Source of the DNA: Octopus vulgaris
Taxonomy: Eukaryota
Assembly: GCA_951406725.2 (NCBI GenBank)
Contig: OX597822.1
Span: 90,706,001 to 90,770,000 of the forward strand
Direction of reading: 5' to 3'
DNA: 64,000 nt
Every line of letters begins with the position of its first letter. The first letter of the stretch is position 1. Positions 12,241 through 25,373 of this stretch are shown one piece after another. A model generated the notes under the pieces. That model had not been told where the DNA came from. It worked only from the letters and a program-made list of their open reading frames with translations, and did no database searches. The translations under genes and the position numbers were made by a program.

Positions 12241-14595
12241 TTTTTGTGTTTTGCATTACCAAATGAAAGTTTCTTTGGAACACTCGTAAGCAGAATTATA
12301 ATTGTCTAAGGACAGGCTGCCCTCAAATACACAAGGGTAGACAACAGAAAAAAAAGAGATTTGTTTCACAAACCTTTATAATTTTATTCACACACATTTC
12401 GTTTCTACATCCGCAATTATGTCCTTCGTCAAAGTATGACAATAGGAAAAACAAAAAAAAAAAATGATAATGCAAAATCAAAACATGTAGCTAAATATAC
12501 AAGAGGGAAAAGAAAATGAACGCTTCGGTGAACATTTAAAAGAAGAAAATGTCCCAAATACGCAAATAAACAATCTGAAAGGCTACGACGACGGCAACAA
12601 CAACTTTTAAACAATTCCAAACATAATGGCTGTGTGAAAAGAAACCTTCCCTAAATGCTAAATGAGCAGACGGAATTTTTAGATTTATCAGTTACAAGAA
12701 AGAAAAAAATGTAGATAGAAGAATTTTTGTGAAACCTAACAATCATTTTTTTTTTTACTACAGGGAATAATCCAGAAAGTGAAGATAAAAATGATATATT
12801 TCTGTGTACGAAAAGATAGAAGCAGTTTAAATTTCCAAACACATATCGGAAGAAATTATCTCAAATGAAAAAAAAAAAAAATGTAAGAGCTATAGCAATA
12901 ATCAGACGTATCTCTGACTTTACCTTTTACCTCCTTCACCCACCATTTCTTTTACACGCGACGAAATCCTTCCCCAAGAAAATAACGAAGAAAACGCAGA
13001 GGATGAAGATGAACTTAGATTCATGGTCTGCGAAAATCAAGCAAACAGTTAATAGATTAATTTATGCATCTGCAGCAGCACGAAGGAGTTATTATGACAC
13101 AGAAACATTTAAGTTCAGAATATAAACCACATGCAAAACATAGATTGCCCCTAAATTAAGATTAATACTTTATATAAAACTTAGAAGAAACATCCTCAAG
13201 ATGTTTGTACCTTTCGGCAACAAATGTCTCAAAAAAATGCATTCGGTTGCGCTCGAATACTGTTTGAGAAATGGTTAAGAGAATGAAGTCGTGTAGTGCC
13301 CAACGCAAACCAATTAGTAATTTTTCATATTTTATTCCTTTAATTATATCTTGTTTTAATTGTGTGCTTTATCGTTTAATTATTTCCATGCAAATGTCTG
13401 TGCGTTTATATATGTACAAATATGTGCATATATATGTAACAGAATTTAAATGAAGTCAGGAAGTCACCAAAATGTAACGACGATGACTGAATGAGAAAAT
13501 GCATTGGAGAAGAACAATTATTTCGATGGCCATTTATTTATTATACATTGTAATGTCTTTACAATATATAAGATTAGCAACTGCGGCGTGTTGCTTGTGA
13601 ACACATGTTATTTGTTGCAGTAAAATATATTCTGTGGATCCATGGTTCATTCTCTGTGTTAGTAGTTTCTCTGCGGCTGCTACGAAGAAAGCCATAGCAA
13701 TAGTTGTCTTTATAATTAGAGAGAGTGATAATTCTCCTCTGACGCGTTACTCTAGGAATCGGCCGATGCTCTTGCTATGGCATCGCACTTACACTGCTAG
13801 ATAAAATCTTAAGATCAGTGAAAAAACTGCCGAAATGAACTTGCAGACCTGTATATTCGACTATTTTTCATTATGGATTCATAATTGGCAAAAAGAAAAA
13901 GATATACGAAAACCTAAATAAATATTTAACATTTTATGCAGAAAATATGCATTGTATGAAAATGAACAATATTTTGCCTGGTCACAAGATTTATGACCAT
14001 GACAAATAAAAAGTTTAAATCTAGTATAAACTGTAAAAATTCTGGCACTTATGTTCAAGCTTTCTCTGTGTCAACAACTACCAGTCACTCCCTGTTTATT
14101 TCACAACAACAATGGGCAAAGCTAAAATGTTGACGGATTTTGAACGTGGTAGAATTTTAGAGCTCCAGAAGCAAGGTCTTTCTCAACGTGCCATTTTCAG
14201 TGAAATTAGTCACAGTAAAACCGCCATCGCGAACTTCTTAAAAAACCCTGAGGCTTATGGATCAAAAAATCAACCGGCTGCACAAAAAATATTTCACCAG
14301 CGTTGAGTAGAAAGATTCGACGGGAAGTTAGGAAAGACACTAGTTGACCATCAAACCAGATTAAGTGACGTTTACAAAAATGGAACACAATTTGTGATTG
14401 TGGATGCCCTTCGTCTGGAAGGCTTCACCTTGTGGTGTAACATTCTAGACAACCTCCTGCAAATGCTTGTGTCGAGTGTCGAGTGTGCCGCAACGAAATT
14501 TTGAAGTTATTCGCAGGAATGGTGGAGCTACTAACTATTGAGCCCCTTCGTTTACTATTTATTCATTGTTTTCGTTTGTTATTTGCCATGGTCTT

Positions 14596-14886
14596 TTTTA
14601 TAACGTGGTTTCTGTATGTCACCTTAGTGTCGTGTACTAATACAATGTGATATATAGTACCACGGAACGGGGCATCCACCAGCTCTTGATGTAATCCCAA
14701 ATACTCTACCAATAACTGTAACCAGTCCAAAGCAACCCTCAATTTCCTGCGACTCCACGAACTCACAAACGGCACATTTCGACTTTCTACGATTTCTCAT
14801 CTCTCGCTCTCAGTTAAATACGCTGCTACCTATACGAGTTCGGCTAGTCCATTCTCACAGGGGGTGTCATGATTCTCGCCATAACA
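14596..14886 (-). repeat. 3' LTR
   Basis: Direct repeat of 17567-17892, adjacent to the PPT. Confidence 0.9.
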
Positions 14887-17566
14887 TTTCCCCTTTTGAG
14901 ATTTGACTTCTGTAGGAAGTGCAACTTGTTTACTTAATTTTCTTTTTTTTTCATCATTACTCTCCCTTTTTTGAGATTTTAATTTCCTCAGATTTATTAA
15001 CACTTCTTTCGCTTATGGACTATTTGTTGTCATTCTGTTTGTTTACGTTTTCTTTTGTTGATCCGCCTAGGTTCAACCTCTTTTGGCGTTGGAACATCGA
15101 ACAAGTCATAACAAACTTCCATCGGTATTTCTTCTCTTTCTTCGATATGTCTTGTCTTCAACTGGTTCAAATGTCGTTTGTGCTCTCCTATTTGATCTTT
15201 TATTATGCACGTCATACTGCCTATTCCTTTCGTCACTATACCGTTCTCCCAACCGTCTTCCATTTTTATATATTTTGAAAAGAACTTTATCTCTCACATT
15301 AAAATACTTTGCTGTGTTTCTTGGCTTTTTCCTATAAGTTTTTTCTTTGTAGGTAACAATTTATCAAAAATTGATTTTATCTTCCGGGCAAACATTATCT
15401 CTGCGGGCGACTTGCCTGAATAGGTGTTCGGGTTAGGTGTTACTCTGTAAACCTTTAAGAATTGAGTTAGTGCTGCATCATTGTCTCATTCATTTCCTGA
15501 TTTTTTTTTAGTGCTCGCTTAGATGTGTCTACGAATCTTTTTGTTTGCCTATTTGATCTCGGGTGGTACGGCGGAGTAGAGATGCGATTGATTGCATACC
15601 GCTCACAGATTTTTTTATATTCGTACCCCGAAAACTGCGTTCTGTTATCCGATACTATGGTGTCCGGGACACCTTATCGCACAAAAAGTTTGTGAAAGAA
15701 CCTTATTGTTACCTTCAAGGCTAGTTGACTGCATTTACATATCTCCGGATACTTGGTATAACTGTCTACTATGATCAGATAATACGCACTGTTTAACGGT
15801 CCAGCAAAATCTATATGTAGCCTGGACCACGGACTGTCTGTTTTAGACCACGATTGGAATTTCACCGTTGGTGACTTTGCTGCGAGAGCACAACCCCTGC
15901 AAGATTTCACCAATTGTTCAATATCACGGTCCATAGCAGACCAATACACGTAACTCCTCTTTACTGATATCATTCTTGAAATCTCTGGGTGTCCCTTTTG
16001 AAATTCACTTAATACACGCTTTTGTAGCATGGCTGGCTCTATAACTCTTTGTGTGTACATCAGAACATTATAACACAGAGAAAAATGGTTCGCATTTGTG
16101 TTATGTATATTTTTATTTCCTTTTATCTTCAACGTTTCTTTCATCTTTGCAATGAATTTGTCATTCTCCGATTTTAATTTTATATCTTGAACAGTTACTG
16201 GCAGCTTTCATTTTCCGCCTTATTCTTACTGGAGGAACGATCATTTATGTTTTTACAGAACAGATTTATGGGGAGCTCTCATAAATCAAACTGCTCTATC
16301 TAGCCAGTACCGAACAAGTTTGTAGCATCTTTTAACACAAACACTTTTGCTTTATAGGTATTATCACGAAATGTAATGTCGCTTGCCATTTCGCTTAAGA
16401 AGTATAATATTTTACCTGTGACGCCTCGCGCACTTTTCGATGTTTTCTTTAATGTAGGTTTCCCAATTTTCTTCTACGTGTCGGTATCAATAATTATAAT
16501 GTCGCTACTTGTGTCTATATTGTAGTTTCACGTTCGCGTCGTTTAGTTTTACATACTCATACTTTCTTTTTTGGGTATCACCACGACTTTCCTTTGAGTA
16601 AGCCTTTTTAAAAGAATTTTTTCCGACCTTTTTTGTTTCGCTATGCAGCGCGAGTTTTATGTCCTATTTTTTGACATCTAAAACATTTCCGAGTTTTAAA
16701 TGGTCAGTGTTTCTTAAAATGCAGACCTCTATACCCACAGCATGGATTTGGTCGTAACATTCTTTTTTCTTTATTTATTCTCGGTCGACATGTCTACTCG
16801 AGAGAATTTTTTTTCAATTTTCTTCACGTCCTGTCGCAAATTGATAATTCTTTGACTTCCTCCGTTACTGCCTGCAGGGTTAAATTCTGGTCCTCTTGTT
16901 CTAGTTTTGTAAGAATCCGTACACGCATTTTTGTATCTTTATTTGCCGTCAGACCTTGCACAAAGATGAGACATTTAAACATGTCAAAGAATAACTCCCC
17001 CAGTTTAAAATTTTCGCACATTCTATTTACGATTTCCGCATAACTGACAAAATCTTCATCCTCTTCTTTTACTAAGTTCAAACACACCCAGTGAGTGTTA
17101 AACGGGGAACTTTTATCGCTGAACATTTTGGATAGCAATTCAATTGTTTTCTCGAAACAAATTTCACTTCTTTTTTGAGGCAGGATAAAACTGCAGTATT
17201 TTTCATGTTCTGAAGGACCTAGTTTCCACAACAGTAGTTTCACTTTTTCCTCGTCTGTCCAACACTTGCATTCTTCCTTGAAGTACGCCGAAAAAGTTAT
17301 ATCCTCTTCTGGGTTACAACTAAATTCAGGAATAGCATTTGCTACGCCGTCTGACGAAAACAAGCTTGCGGTGTTTCCCGACTTCTTTAACAATGACTCC
17401 ATCAACTGTTTGTGTTGTAGTTGTTGCTGCAACTCCTAATGCTGCCGTTGCTGTTGCTTTTGCAACTGTAATATGTCAGCTAATAGATCTTCCATAATTA
17501 AAGGATTTTTTGTATCCTCAAAAATTGTTAATGATCAACGTTAAACTTCGAATCACTCATCGTCAT

Positions 17567-17892
17567 TTTTATAACGTGGTTTCTGTATATGTTCCCTTAG
17601 TGTCATGCATTAATACAGTGTGATATATAGTACCACGGAATGGGGTAGCCACCAACTGTCCCCCCTTGGTGTATTCCCAAATGCTCTACCAATAACTGTA
17701 ACCAATCCAAAACAACTCTCAACGAGCTATAACAACTTCTTAACAATTTCCTGCGACTTCACGAACACACGAATGACACCTTTCGACTTGTTGCGATTTC
17801 TCATCTTTCCCTCTCAGTTAAACAAGCTGCTACTTATATGACGAGTTCGGTTATTCCATTCTCACAGAGGTGTCATGATTTTTGCCATAACA
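17567..17892 (-). repeat. 5' LTR
   Basis: Direct repeat of 14596-14886, adjacent to the PBS-like sequence. Confidence 0.9.
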
Positions 17893-18539
17893 GTCTTAAA
17901 TTTTTGACCAGGCAAAATATCGTTAGTTTTCATACAATGCATATTTTGTGCATTAGATGTAAAACATATCTTTAGGTTTCCGCATATCTTTTCCTATTTG
18001 GCAATAATGAAGCTATAATGAAAAATAGTCAAATATATCGGTCTGAAAGTTCATTGCGGCAGTTTTTTTTACTGATCTTAAAATTTTGTCCAGCAGTATT
18101 CCATTGGAACGCAATCTCAAAAAGAGAGACGATGTGCAAGAGTACGATGCCTCTTGGCGAAAATGGGCTGGACCACTACATAAAAATAGTTATGGTCTAA
18201 GTAAGTAAGGTAGTTCGTGCTAATTCCATACTTCGTGTGTTGATAGTTCAAGGTTGGAGTTCCCAGGTTGAGTTAGCGTGTTGGATTGTTGGTTCTTAAA
18301 AGATTGTGGTTACGTTCTGTATGGTTACTGCCGTTTGTTTCGATTGTATTGTTATTACACTGTTGCACTGTATTCGTTTATCCATAAGGATATAACAATA
18401 GGTGTTTGTATAATGGCCCGTGTGGTGATGGTACGGAGTTAGGCAGTGTACATGTGTGAGGTGGAGGGGAAGGACAATTAAATGTGGGAGGTGTATGGGA
18501 ATATATGTGGGATTTGTAGGTCCAACAGTTCCACGTTTT

Positions 18540-18815
18540 GCATGTGACGAAAGCGAATGAATTTGCCGCTCACATGACACATACGGAAACATGCTGAAGG
18601 CTTCAAGTTAAATTCAATCAATATCTAACAGTTAATCCGTTTTGTAATCTATGCGGTGAGAATTTTCCTGTCGATCTGGATTCACAAGGTACATGAAAGT
18701 ACATACTGAAAGTGCTGTACCCGAGTGCAGCATGAAAATGAATGTCATATCTGCAATAGAAAATGCAAGTTACTCGCTGGCTTTGAAAGTCATTGCAAGT
18801 ACCCCGATCACTGAA
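18540..18815 (+). mobile_element. Probable RTE-like LINE C-terminus with two decayed C2H2-type fingers
   Basis: Plus strand encodes FCNLCGENF.. (~18640) and ECHICNRKCKLLAGFESHCK (~18740), resembling the CxxC..GLxSH tail of RTE ORFs. Confidence 0.45.
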
Positions 18816-18914
18816 AAAAAGCCAAAACAAAACAAATAAGACAATTTTTGAATGATAATTATGTGTATGTACGATACACACACACATGTATATATATACA
18901 TACATACATATATA

Positions 18915-20390
18915 GGATGCTTGCTGAGACTCGCTTTGGTGGACGGCGAATCATGATGTCAAGGCGAGAAATAAGAAGGCGGTGATCCGTCCAGCAGCCA
19001 TCTGCACTAGATATGGAGCGGGTGATGCGTACATCTCGTCTGTCCTCGGATCTTGTCAGAACGTAGTCGAGGATGTGCCAGTGTTTAGACTGAGTTTTCC
19101 AGGTCGCCTTTTGCCGGGTAGGGAGACGAAATAGGGAGTTGGTGATGAAGAGTTCGTGCTTGGCGCAAGGGCCCAGGAGCCATTGGCATTGCATTTCCCA
19201 ATGCTGTGATGACCAAGAATTCTGTTCCACAGACTATGGTCACTGCCGACTCTGCTGTTAAAGGCTCCCAACACGACGAGTTTGTTATGCACGGTGACTG
19301 TCTGGATGGTACGGTCCAGCAGACTGTAGAACGAAGCCTTGACGTCGGCTTCAGATGTGGGGATGGGAGTGTACACAGAAATCAGCATAAGGCATTTGTC
19401 TCGAATGAGCGGGATCCGAACAGTCATTAGGCGCTCGCTGGCAGCAGTTGGGACGAGTCTGTGTTGGTCCACGAGTTTCGTTTTGATGGATGCGTGGTTC
19501 GTTAGGATTCTTCCCCTTCTAAAAAAAATGGTGTATTTGGACCCAGCTTCTCTGATGCTGCCTTCTCCGGGAAGCCTAGTCTCGCTCAAGGCTGCCACGT
19601 CGATGTTGAAGCGGGCAAGTTCCTTGCAGACGAGGGCTGTACGTCGCTCCGGACGACTAATGTCACTCTAATCTCCGAAAGTGAGAGGTTGTGAGACAAA
19701 GGATTTAGTAGTCGATGATGGATGAGTAGAAGTAGAGACCCGACCGCTGAGTGGGAAGACCGCTAGCCGCAGTATGCTGGCCAGATCGTTTTGCCGTGTC
19801 CGATGTTTATCCCACCTTTTCTAGGAGCTCTCCCTTAAGGGGTGGGCTGCAGTTATTCTAAAGAGGCCAGCCCAGTCACGAGTCTAGCTGCCGAACTCCA
19901 ATGTCACGACTATTCAGTAGAGAGCGACCATCTAAGATTTGCTGCCAATGTGTAGTTACGGACTAGAGGCTTTTTTTTTTTTGAGACTCAAAGAATAGAA
20001 AGACGAAACCAGTCGCTGAGTAAATTGTTTGAGGTGATCATGGCTGTGCGACGGCCACGTGCACCCACTTGGCCAGGAACTTCTCCACTGCGGCTCAAGA
20101 ATTGAGGCTGGTTGCAGCGAGCTGCCGGAGTGTATCCGCCTTTGTCACGCCTGCCTGCCAGACGTTGCCCTTTTCCACCAGAGTCAATACATGGAAACTT
20201 GAGATTGCTCTCCTCTGCTTGCTTCGTCGTTGGAGTCTTGTTGATGTTTGGTCGTGTCTAGTTTGGCACCTCGTCCTCGACCTTGCCGCCATAGGTGGCC
20301 CTACCAGAATTATAAGTCTCCAGATGGCATCGGTCTCGGAATCATTGGACCATACAAGCTCTTCCACCATGGCATGGGACGGCTATTGGA
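18915..20390 (-). mobile_element. RTE-clade LINE 5' part (5' UTR and APE endonuclease), degenerate
   Basis: DVAALSETRLPGEGSIRE, SERLMTVRIPL, ISVYTP, LGAFNSRVG, WHILDYVLTR, CWTDHRLL motifs. Confidence 0.88.
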
Positions 20391-20425
<35 letters not shown>

Positions 20426-20742
20426 GAATGTATATGTTTTTGAATATACGGGGTGTTTTCATCAGGTGACTCAAACTAATAGGTATAAACTCTGAGTGCT
20501 TGATTTGGTATGCTACTAAAATTACAGTTTGAACTGCAGTTGAACATCGTGATGTTGAGACTGCCTTTCTGAAGCGGCTAGGAGTGGTTTATTGAGCAGG
20601 TAGGTATAGCTTAAAACAGAAATGAAAAGGCAAGCCGTTTACCAAGACTTGACAAGACATTTAATTTAGATATATAATAAAATATACAATTAAAATATAT
20701 AATAATACACTCACGCGCTCACACACACGCGCACACAAACGC

Positions 20743-20787
<45 letters not shown>

Positions 20788-21025
20788 TACACATTTATAT
20801 ACATATACATAAGTATGTAGAAATATCGCCTGTACACATTGAAACACATACATATATCCATCCATCGAAATACGTGAATTACATTTTTTAAATGGTAAAA
20901 ATTAAAATCAAGGTAATTAACTAGGCAACCATTAGTGACAGTCCCATTCTCTTGCGACGAAGTTGATTTTCGTTTGCAGAAGCTGACAGATAACTACTGT
21001 CTATCACAATGCTGTTATCATATCC

Positions 21026-21294
21026 AGACATGTTGAATTAACAAGTTCAGACATGTTGAATTAACAAGTTCAGACATGTTGGCGATCGACAAGTCCATGC
21101 ATGTTGGCAATCGACAAGTCCAGACACGTTAGCAATCCACGTGTTCAGACATGCTGGGAAGCAAGCAAGTCCAAACATGTTGGTAATCGACAAATCCAGG
21201 TATGTTGGCCATCAACAAGTCCGAGCATGTTCAGCAATCAACGAGTTCAGACATACTGGCAATCAGCAAGTCAAGACATGTTTTCCCGCCAAAA
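21026..21294. promoter_or_regulatory. Tandem 23-26-bp repeat array in which each unit is a p53-family-like response element, ending in an E2F site
   Basis: About 10 adjacent decamer pairs, e.g. TAACAAGTTC AGACATGTTG (x2), AAGCAAGTCC AAACATGTTG, CAACAAGTCC GAGCATGTTC, CAGCAAGTCA AGACATGTTT; then TTTTCCCGCCAAAA at 21281-21294. The repeat is certain, the function is inferred. Confidence 0.7.
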
Positions 21295-21364
21295 ACAGAT
21301 TGATTTGAAAATTATTTTACTTCTTTGTTCTCCTACAGCCATCACTATAAGTTAATAAGTTATT

Positions 21365-21793
21365 GGGATATTTTCGGTTTGAACGGCAGTTTTTAACATA
21401 ATTTCTAGGTAACTAAACACTTTTAAACTTCGTATACTGGTAGAATGTGTTCATAAAACATCTTTTTCTCTTGGCTTTATTGAGAAAATTCTATAGTTTG
21501 TAAGATATTTGCTGGTTTTTTTTTCTTCAATTTCTGCAATTTCAACCAATCGATGACGTCGATTGAGTTAAAAAAACATTCTGTGCCGTATAAATATGTC
21601 CCTCGTTTAAGAAACAGATTGGGTTTATTTACATTTGTGAAGAAAAAAAGATACCCTTCCCCCCACCCCTAACCCTAACCCTAACCCTAAAACCCTATTG
21701 AAATGCAATAAATCGATACTAGGATCATAATTATGAGTGACAATTTCAGATGACACCGCTAAAAAAAACTGCCGTTCAAACCGAAAAGATCCC
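21365..21793. mobile_element. Telomere-repeat MITE copy 2, 6-bp TSD
   Basis: Same TIRs and (CCCTAA)n; TSD GTTATT at 21359-21364 and 21794-21799. Confidence 0.92.
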
Positions 21794-22635
21794 GTTATTG
21801 TTGTTTAGTTCAACGTCAGCTCTACTCAAGCAGACTTATGAACAAAACGTTTCAGCCATGGCCATCGCGACTATTTTCGTACAAACCATCGAGGACTACG
21901 TTCAATGGTGTCGTTCCGCAACAGGATGAGCAACCATATAGAGACCGACTCGTTCATCGACATGGCGATAGTTACGACGATGAGCTGTTAACATCTCTAA
22001 CCTGTTAACATCTTCAACACCATCACCTTTAATCAGGGTACAGTATAAAGCCGTTTAACTGTTAGAAATAGCAGCTAAATTCCCTTAAATTACACCACGC
22101 CGTCTTAGAAAAAGAGCACTCTAGATAATATGTCTAGAAAGCGGACAAGATAGTTTTCATCTTAGGTCTACACATTCATTACTAATCTTATTTATAACAA
22201 CTGCAGCAGCAGTAAAGCACCAACAGCAATAGCTGTAGCAGTAGCAACAACAACAACAGCAGCTGTAGCAAAAAAAAAAAAAAAAAACAGCAATACTCCG
22301 AAACAAATTAACAAGGAAGCAACCTCTATGTAGTCATTCGACATGCTAGAAATGGCTGCTAAATCTCCTTCTGATCACATTTTACCGTCTTAAAAAAAAG
22401 GATACATTGGATAATATGTTGTTTTGGAATGGTTACAACTGCTAAGAACATTAGGTAGTTCTAGAAGGCAACATTAAGACTACCAACGAAAGCTCTAACA
22501 GGATTATCATAAAGCCATCGAAGAGTGGGAGCTGCTATATAGTTGCTCATTGTGCTAGACATAGCAACCTAACCATTCTCAATAACATCTTGCTATTTTA
22601 AGAATGGAGACTAATTTTGATAATATAGTTATTGA

Positions 22636-24586
22636 CAGAGCTGGGCATAAATCCGTTAATCCGTTAATCGTTAATCGAAGTTAGCATTTTCGTTAACGAT
22701 TTAACTTTTAAGTTAACTTTGAAACTCAAGTCTGTTAACCGAAAAATTTCATAAAAACCGGTAAACGTTTAAAAGTTTCTAGTGTTTTCAGATTGTCTTA
22801 GCATATTTAATATCGTATGTGTCATTCTTTCAACTCCGATATAACGCCACTTTTTGCTTGTAAAAACAGCCGGAAATGTCTTTGTCCTGTCAAGAGGGAA
22901 CAGTGACCACTCTGAGGTGGATGTCAATAGAGAAAATATTGACTTCCATAAAGTGGAAAACATAAATGGAAAGAAAAAAGTTGGTAAATATTTCGGTGTG
23001 AACGCATATAGTTGTTACGTGGTAGCGGGGCATGCTAGAAATAGCAACCAAATCTTTCCTTTTCTGGAAAAAAAGGATCCGTTTACGGGTGATTTCGATG
23101 TCACATTGGTTGAAAGCATGCAAAATAACCTGGAAAAGAAACAAAGACTCACGAAACAAAACTCTCTTTCGTGGGGAAACTTCGAGATCCATACCACCCC
23201 TCCCAGCTTTTTTCTTTTTCGGGTTTCGAGGTCAAATACATTGAATGTACCCGAAAAAAAAATCTGTGGAAGAAAATATTCCACACCGAGGTACGAAATA
23301 TTTACCGAAAAAATAAAATCTTGTACCGATTATACCTGTATTTTGATTAATGTACTTCAAATTGAAACGTGGCAAAATTTTTGTCGGTTGCCATCTGGGA
23401 TAATTTTAGTAACAAATCAAACAGGTAAGATGCACTAAGAGTTTCACTTTTAGCGTTTGTCTATAATGTTATTGCTTATACACCTGTTAATCTATTTACC
23501 TGCCCATAAATGTCAAATTTAGTCACCAAGATCAGCTAAAACTACATAGCTGTAAACCAGTGGTATATAAAGCACCCACTGACAAAATTTCAAATCTGTA
23601 TCTAAAGAATTTACAAAGTTACAAGCAAATATTGTGGACACTCCTCTTGAACCTGAATAAGTCAAAATAGCATTACGTTTGACATTAATATGAACACTAA
23701 AGATGTTTTTAGGTGTTTTTTTCTTTCTTACACGTAAACATAACACGGCCTTGCTCGGTTGGGACTACACGTGTGTTACTTTGACATCATCATTCCATAA
23801 AATTTGTTTATAGGGAGAAAAATATTGAAAAATATTAATATATGTGTGAGAAAGAAACGAGGAGGGAGGTTTTGAGATGTGCTAGAAACATTTAGCTCTG
23901 AAATTATTAACAGTTTTTTTTTTTTAACCGAAAATGTTTCTCTCACGGGTTTTCAGTGCGTAGTGAAAAGGGGGGAAAAGAAAAAGGCCGAAATCGTTTC
24001 GGGTTGGTTTGATTAGGGAGTGGCAGGAGTGGAAAAAAATTTTCAAAACTTTTTTCTTTTCTTTTTTTTCGTTCTGAAGACTTTGGTGACAAACATTGGA
24101 AAAAATCCCCGTCAAAACGGAGAAATTTCAACTTATGTTGGCCGTCTGATCTGAAATTCCGTTTTTCAGAAGCACCCCAACCAAAAATTTTGTCTACTCT
24201 GCAATCGTAATCTACACCGTTTGAAAGGTATTTGTATAAAATTTAGTTAAAAAATACCCATTTTCCAGGAAGTTACGAAGGGGGAGATGGCGGGTCCTGT
24301 GAATTTTCCGAAACTCGGAAAAATTTTTCCAATAAACTTTGCAGATATTCAATCTACAAGATATAAACAATTTTTTTAGTGAAAGTTTCGTTAAAAAGTA
24401 TCCATTTTTCTGGAAGTCATTAGGCAACAAAATCGGTGAGTTATTAAACTGTAGTTATGCCTTTTTTCAATAAAAGTTAACGTTATTGGATTAACGTTAA
24501 TTTCCGTTACATTTCCAATTAACGATTAACGAAAGTAACTTTTTGGTTAACGTAGTTAACTTTTCGATTAACGGTGTCCACCTGTA
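22636..24586. mobile_element. Non-autonomous hAT-like element
   Basis: Left end CAGAGCTGGGCA, right end TGTCCACCTGTA, subterminal CGTTAA/TTAACG arrays at both ends; 8-bp TSD GTTATTGA / GTTATTCA (7/8). No transposase motif recognised. Confidence 0.75.
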
Positions 24587-24611
24587 GTTATTCATATATT
24601 ATCAGAATATA

Positions 24612-25015
24612 GGCGCAGGAGTGGCTGTGTGGTAAGTAGCTTGCTAACCAACCACATGGTTCTGGGTTCAGTCCCACTGCGTGGCATCTTGGGCAAGTGT
24701 CTTCTGCTATAGCTCCGGGCCGACCAATGCCTTGTGAGTGGATTTGGTAGACGGAAACTGAAAGAAGCCTGTCGTATATATGTATATATATATATGTATG
24801 TGTGTTTGTGTGTGTTTGTGTGTCTGTGTTTGTCCCCCTAGCATTGCTTGACGACCGATGCTGGTGTGTTTACGTCCCCGTTACTTAGCGGTTCGGCAAA
24901 AGAGACCGATAGAATAAGTACTGGGCTTACAAAGAATAAGTCCCGGGGTCGATTTGCTCGACTAAAGGCGGTGCTCCAGCATGGCCGCAGTCAAATGACT
25001 GAAACAAGTAAAAGA
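24612..25015 (+). mobile_element. Full-length tRNA-derived SINE (family B, CORE-like)
   Basis: A box TGGCTGTGTGG, B box GGTTCAGTCCC, CTTGGGCAAGTGTCTT, internal (TA)/(TG) tract, tail GCAGTCAAATGACTGAAACAAGTAAAAG; partial copies at ~28815-28975, 48606-49027, 49540-49735, 55360-55435, 62670-62765. Confidence 0.85.
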
Positions 25016-25342
25016 GAAAGAGAGAAAGAGATAAAAGAGATATAAAAGTTAATGATGAACACACACATTTGACCATAGCTGGTCTGAGCCTAAACAGCAG
25101 CAACAACGAATATATTAACTCCACTTTGCAGTAACAACGTAAACGTTACTTAACTAGAATATCATTTTATTGCCTTTGTCAAATTTCCAGAGAAAAGTAC
25201 GCAAGGACTACTACTGCTGTGACTAGAAATAAGAGATAGATGGCAATTAGATTAAAAAAAGAAAAGAAGAAAAGAAAAGAAAAGGAAGAAACAAAAAACG
25301 AAAAAAGAGAAAGAAGTAAAGAGAAATTGTCAAATCAGTCTG

Positions 25343-25373
25343 TTTTCGCGGGAAAACATGTTTGGACTTGCTG
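25343..25373 (+). promoter_or_regulatory. Overlapping E2F / p53-like composite site
   Basis: TTTTCGCGGGAAAA overlapping AAACATGTTT GGACTTGCTG (19/20 to consensus); inverted homolog of the end of the 21-kb array. Confidence 0.6.

Larger units (their letters stand above)
14596..17892 (-). mobile_element. Ty3/Gypsy LTR retrotransposon with both LTRs, 5-bp TSD, decayed gag-protease-integrase, no RT/RNase H seen
   Basis: LTRs 14596-14886 and 17567-17892; TSD GTCTT (14591-14595, 17893-17897); PPT AAAAGGGGAAA; PBS-like TGACGATGAG; gag ORF 16824-17432, protease IDTSSD ~16501-16518, integrase HHCC/DDE remnants 15030-16144. Confidence 0.92.
13792..18098 (+). mobile_element. Internally deleted Tc3-like (Tc1/mariner) transposon with ~210-bp TIRs; right TIR split by a Gypsy insertion
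   Basis: TA|CACTGCTAGATAAAATCTTAAGATCAGTG.. (13792-~14010) is the inverted complement of ~14578-14595 + 17898-18098; ORF 14112-14306 MGKAKMLTDFERGRILELQKQGLSQRAI..SKTAIANFLKNP is a Tc3-type paired-like HTH. Confidence 0.88.

Noticed and set aside
18640-18810. Host C2H2 zinc-finger gene exon
   Set aside because: Frameshifted, no TGEKP linkers; better explained as an RTE C-terminus.
21026-21294. CRISPR-like periodic array
   Set aside because: Units are contiguous with only 3-6 variable bases, no unique spacers, no cas genes, eukaryotic context.
22854-23438. 194-aa ORF as hAT transposase
   Set aside because: No BED finger, DDE or dimerisation motif recognised on either strand.
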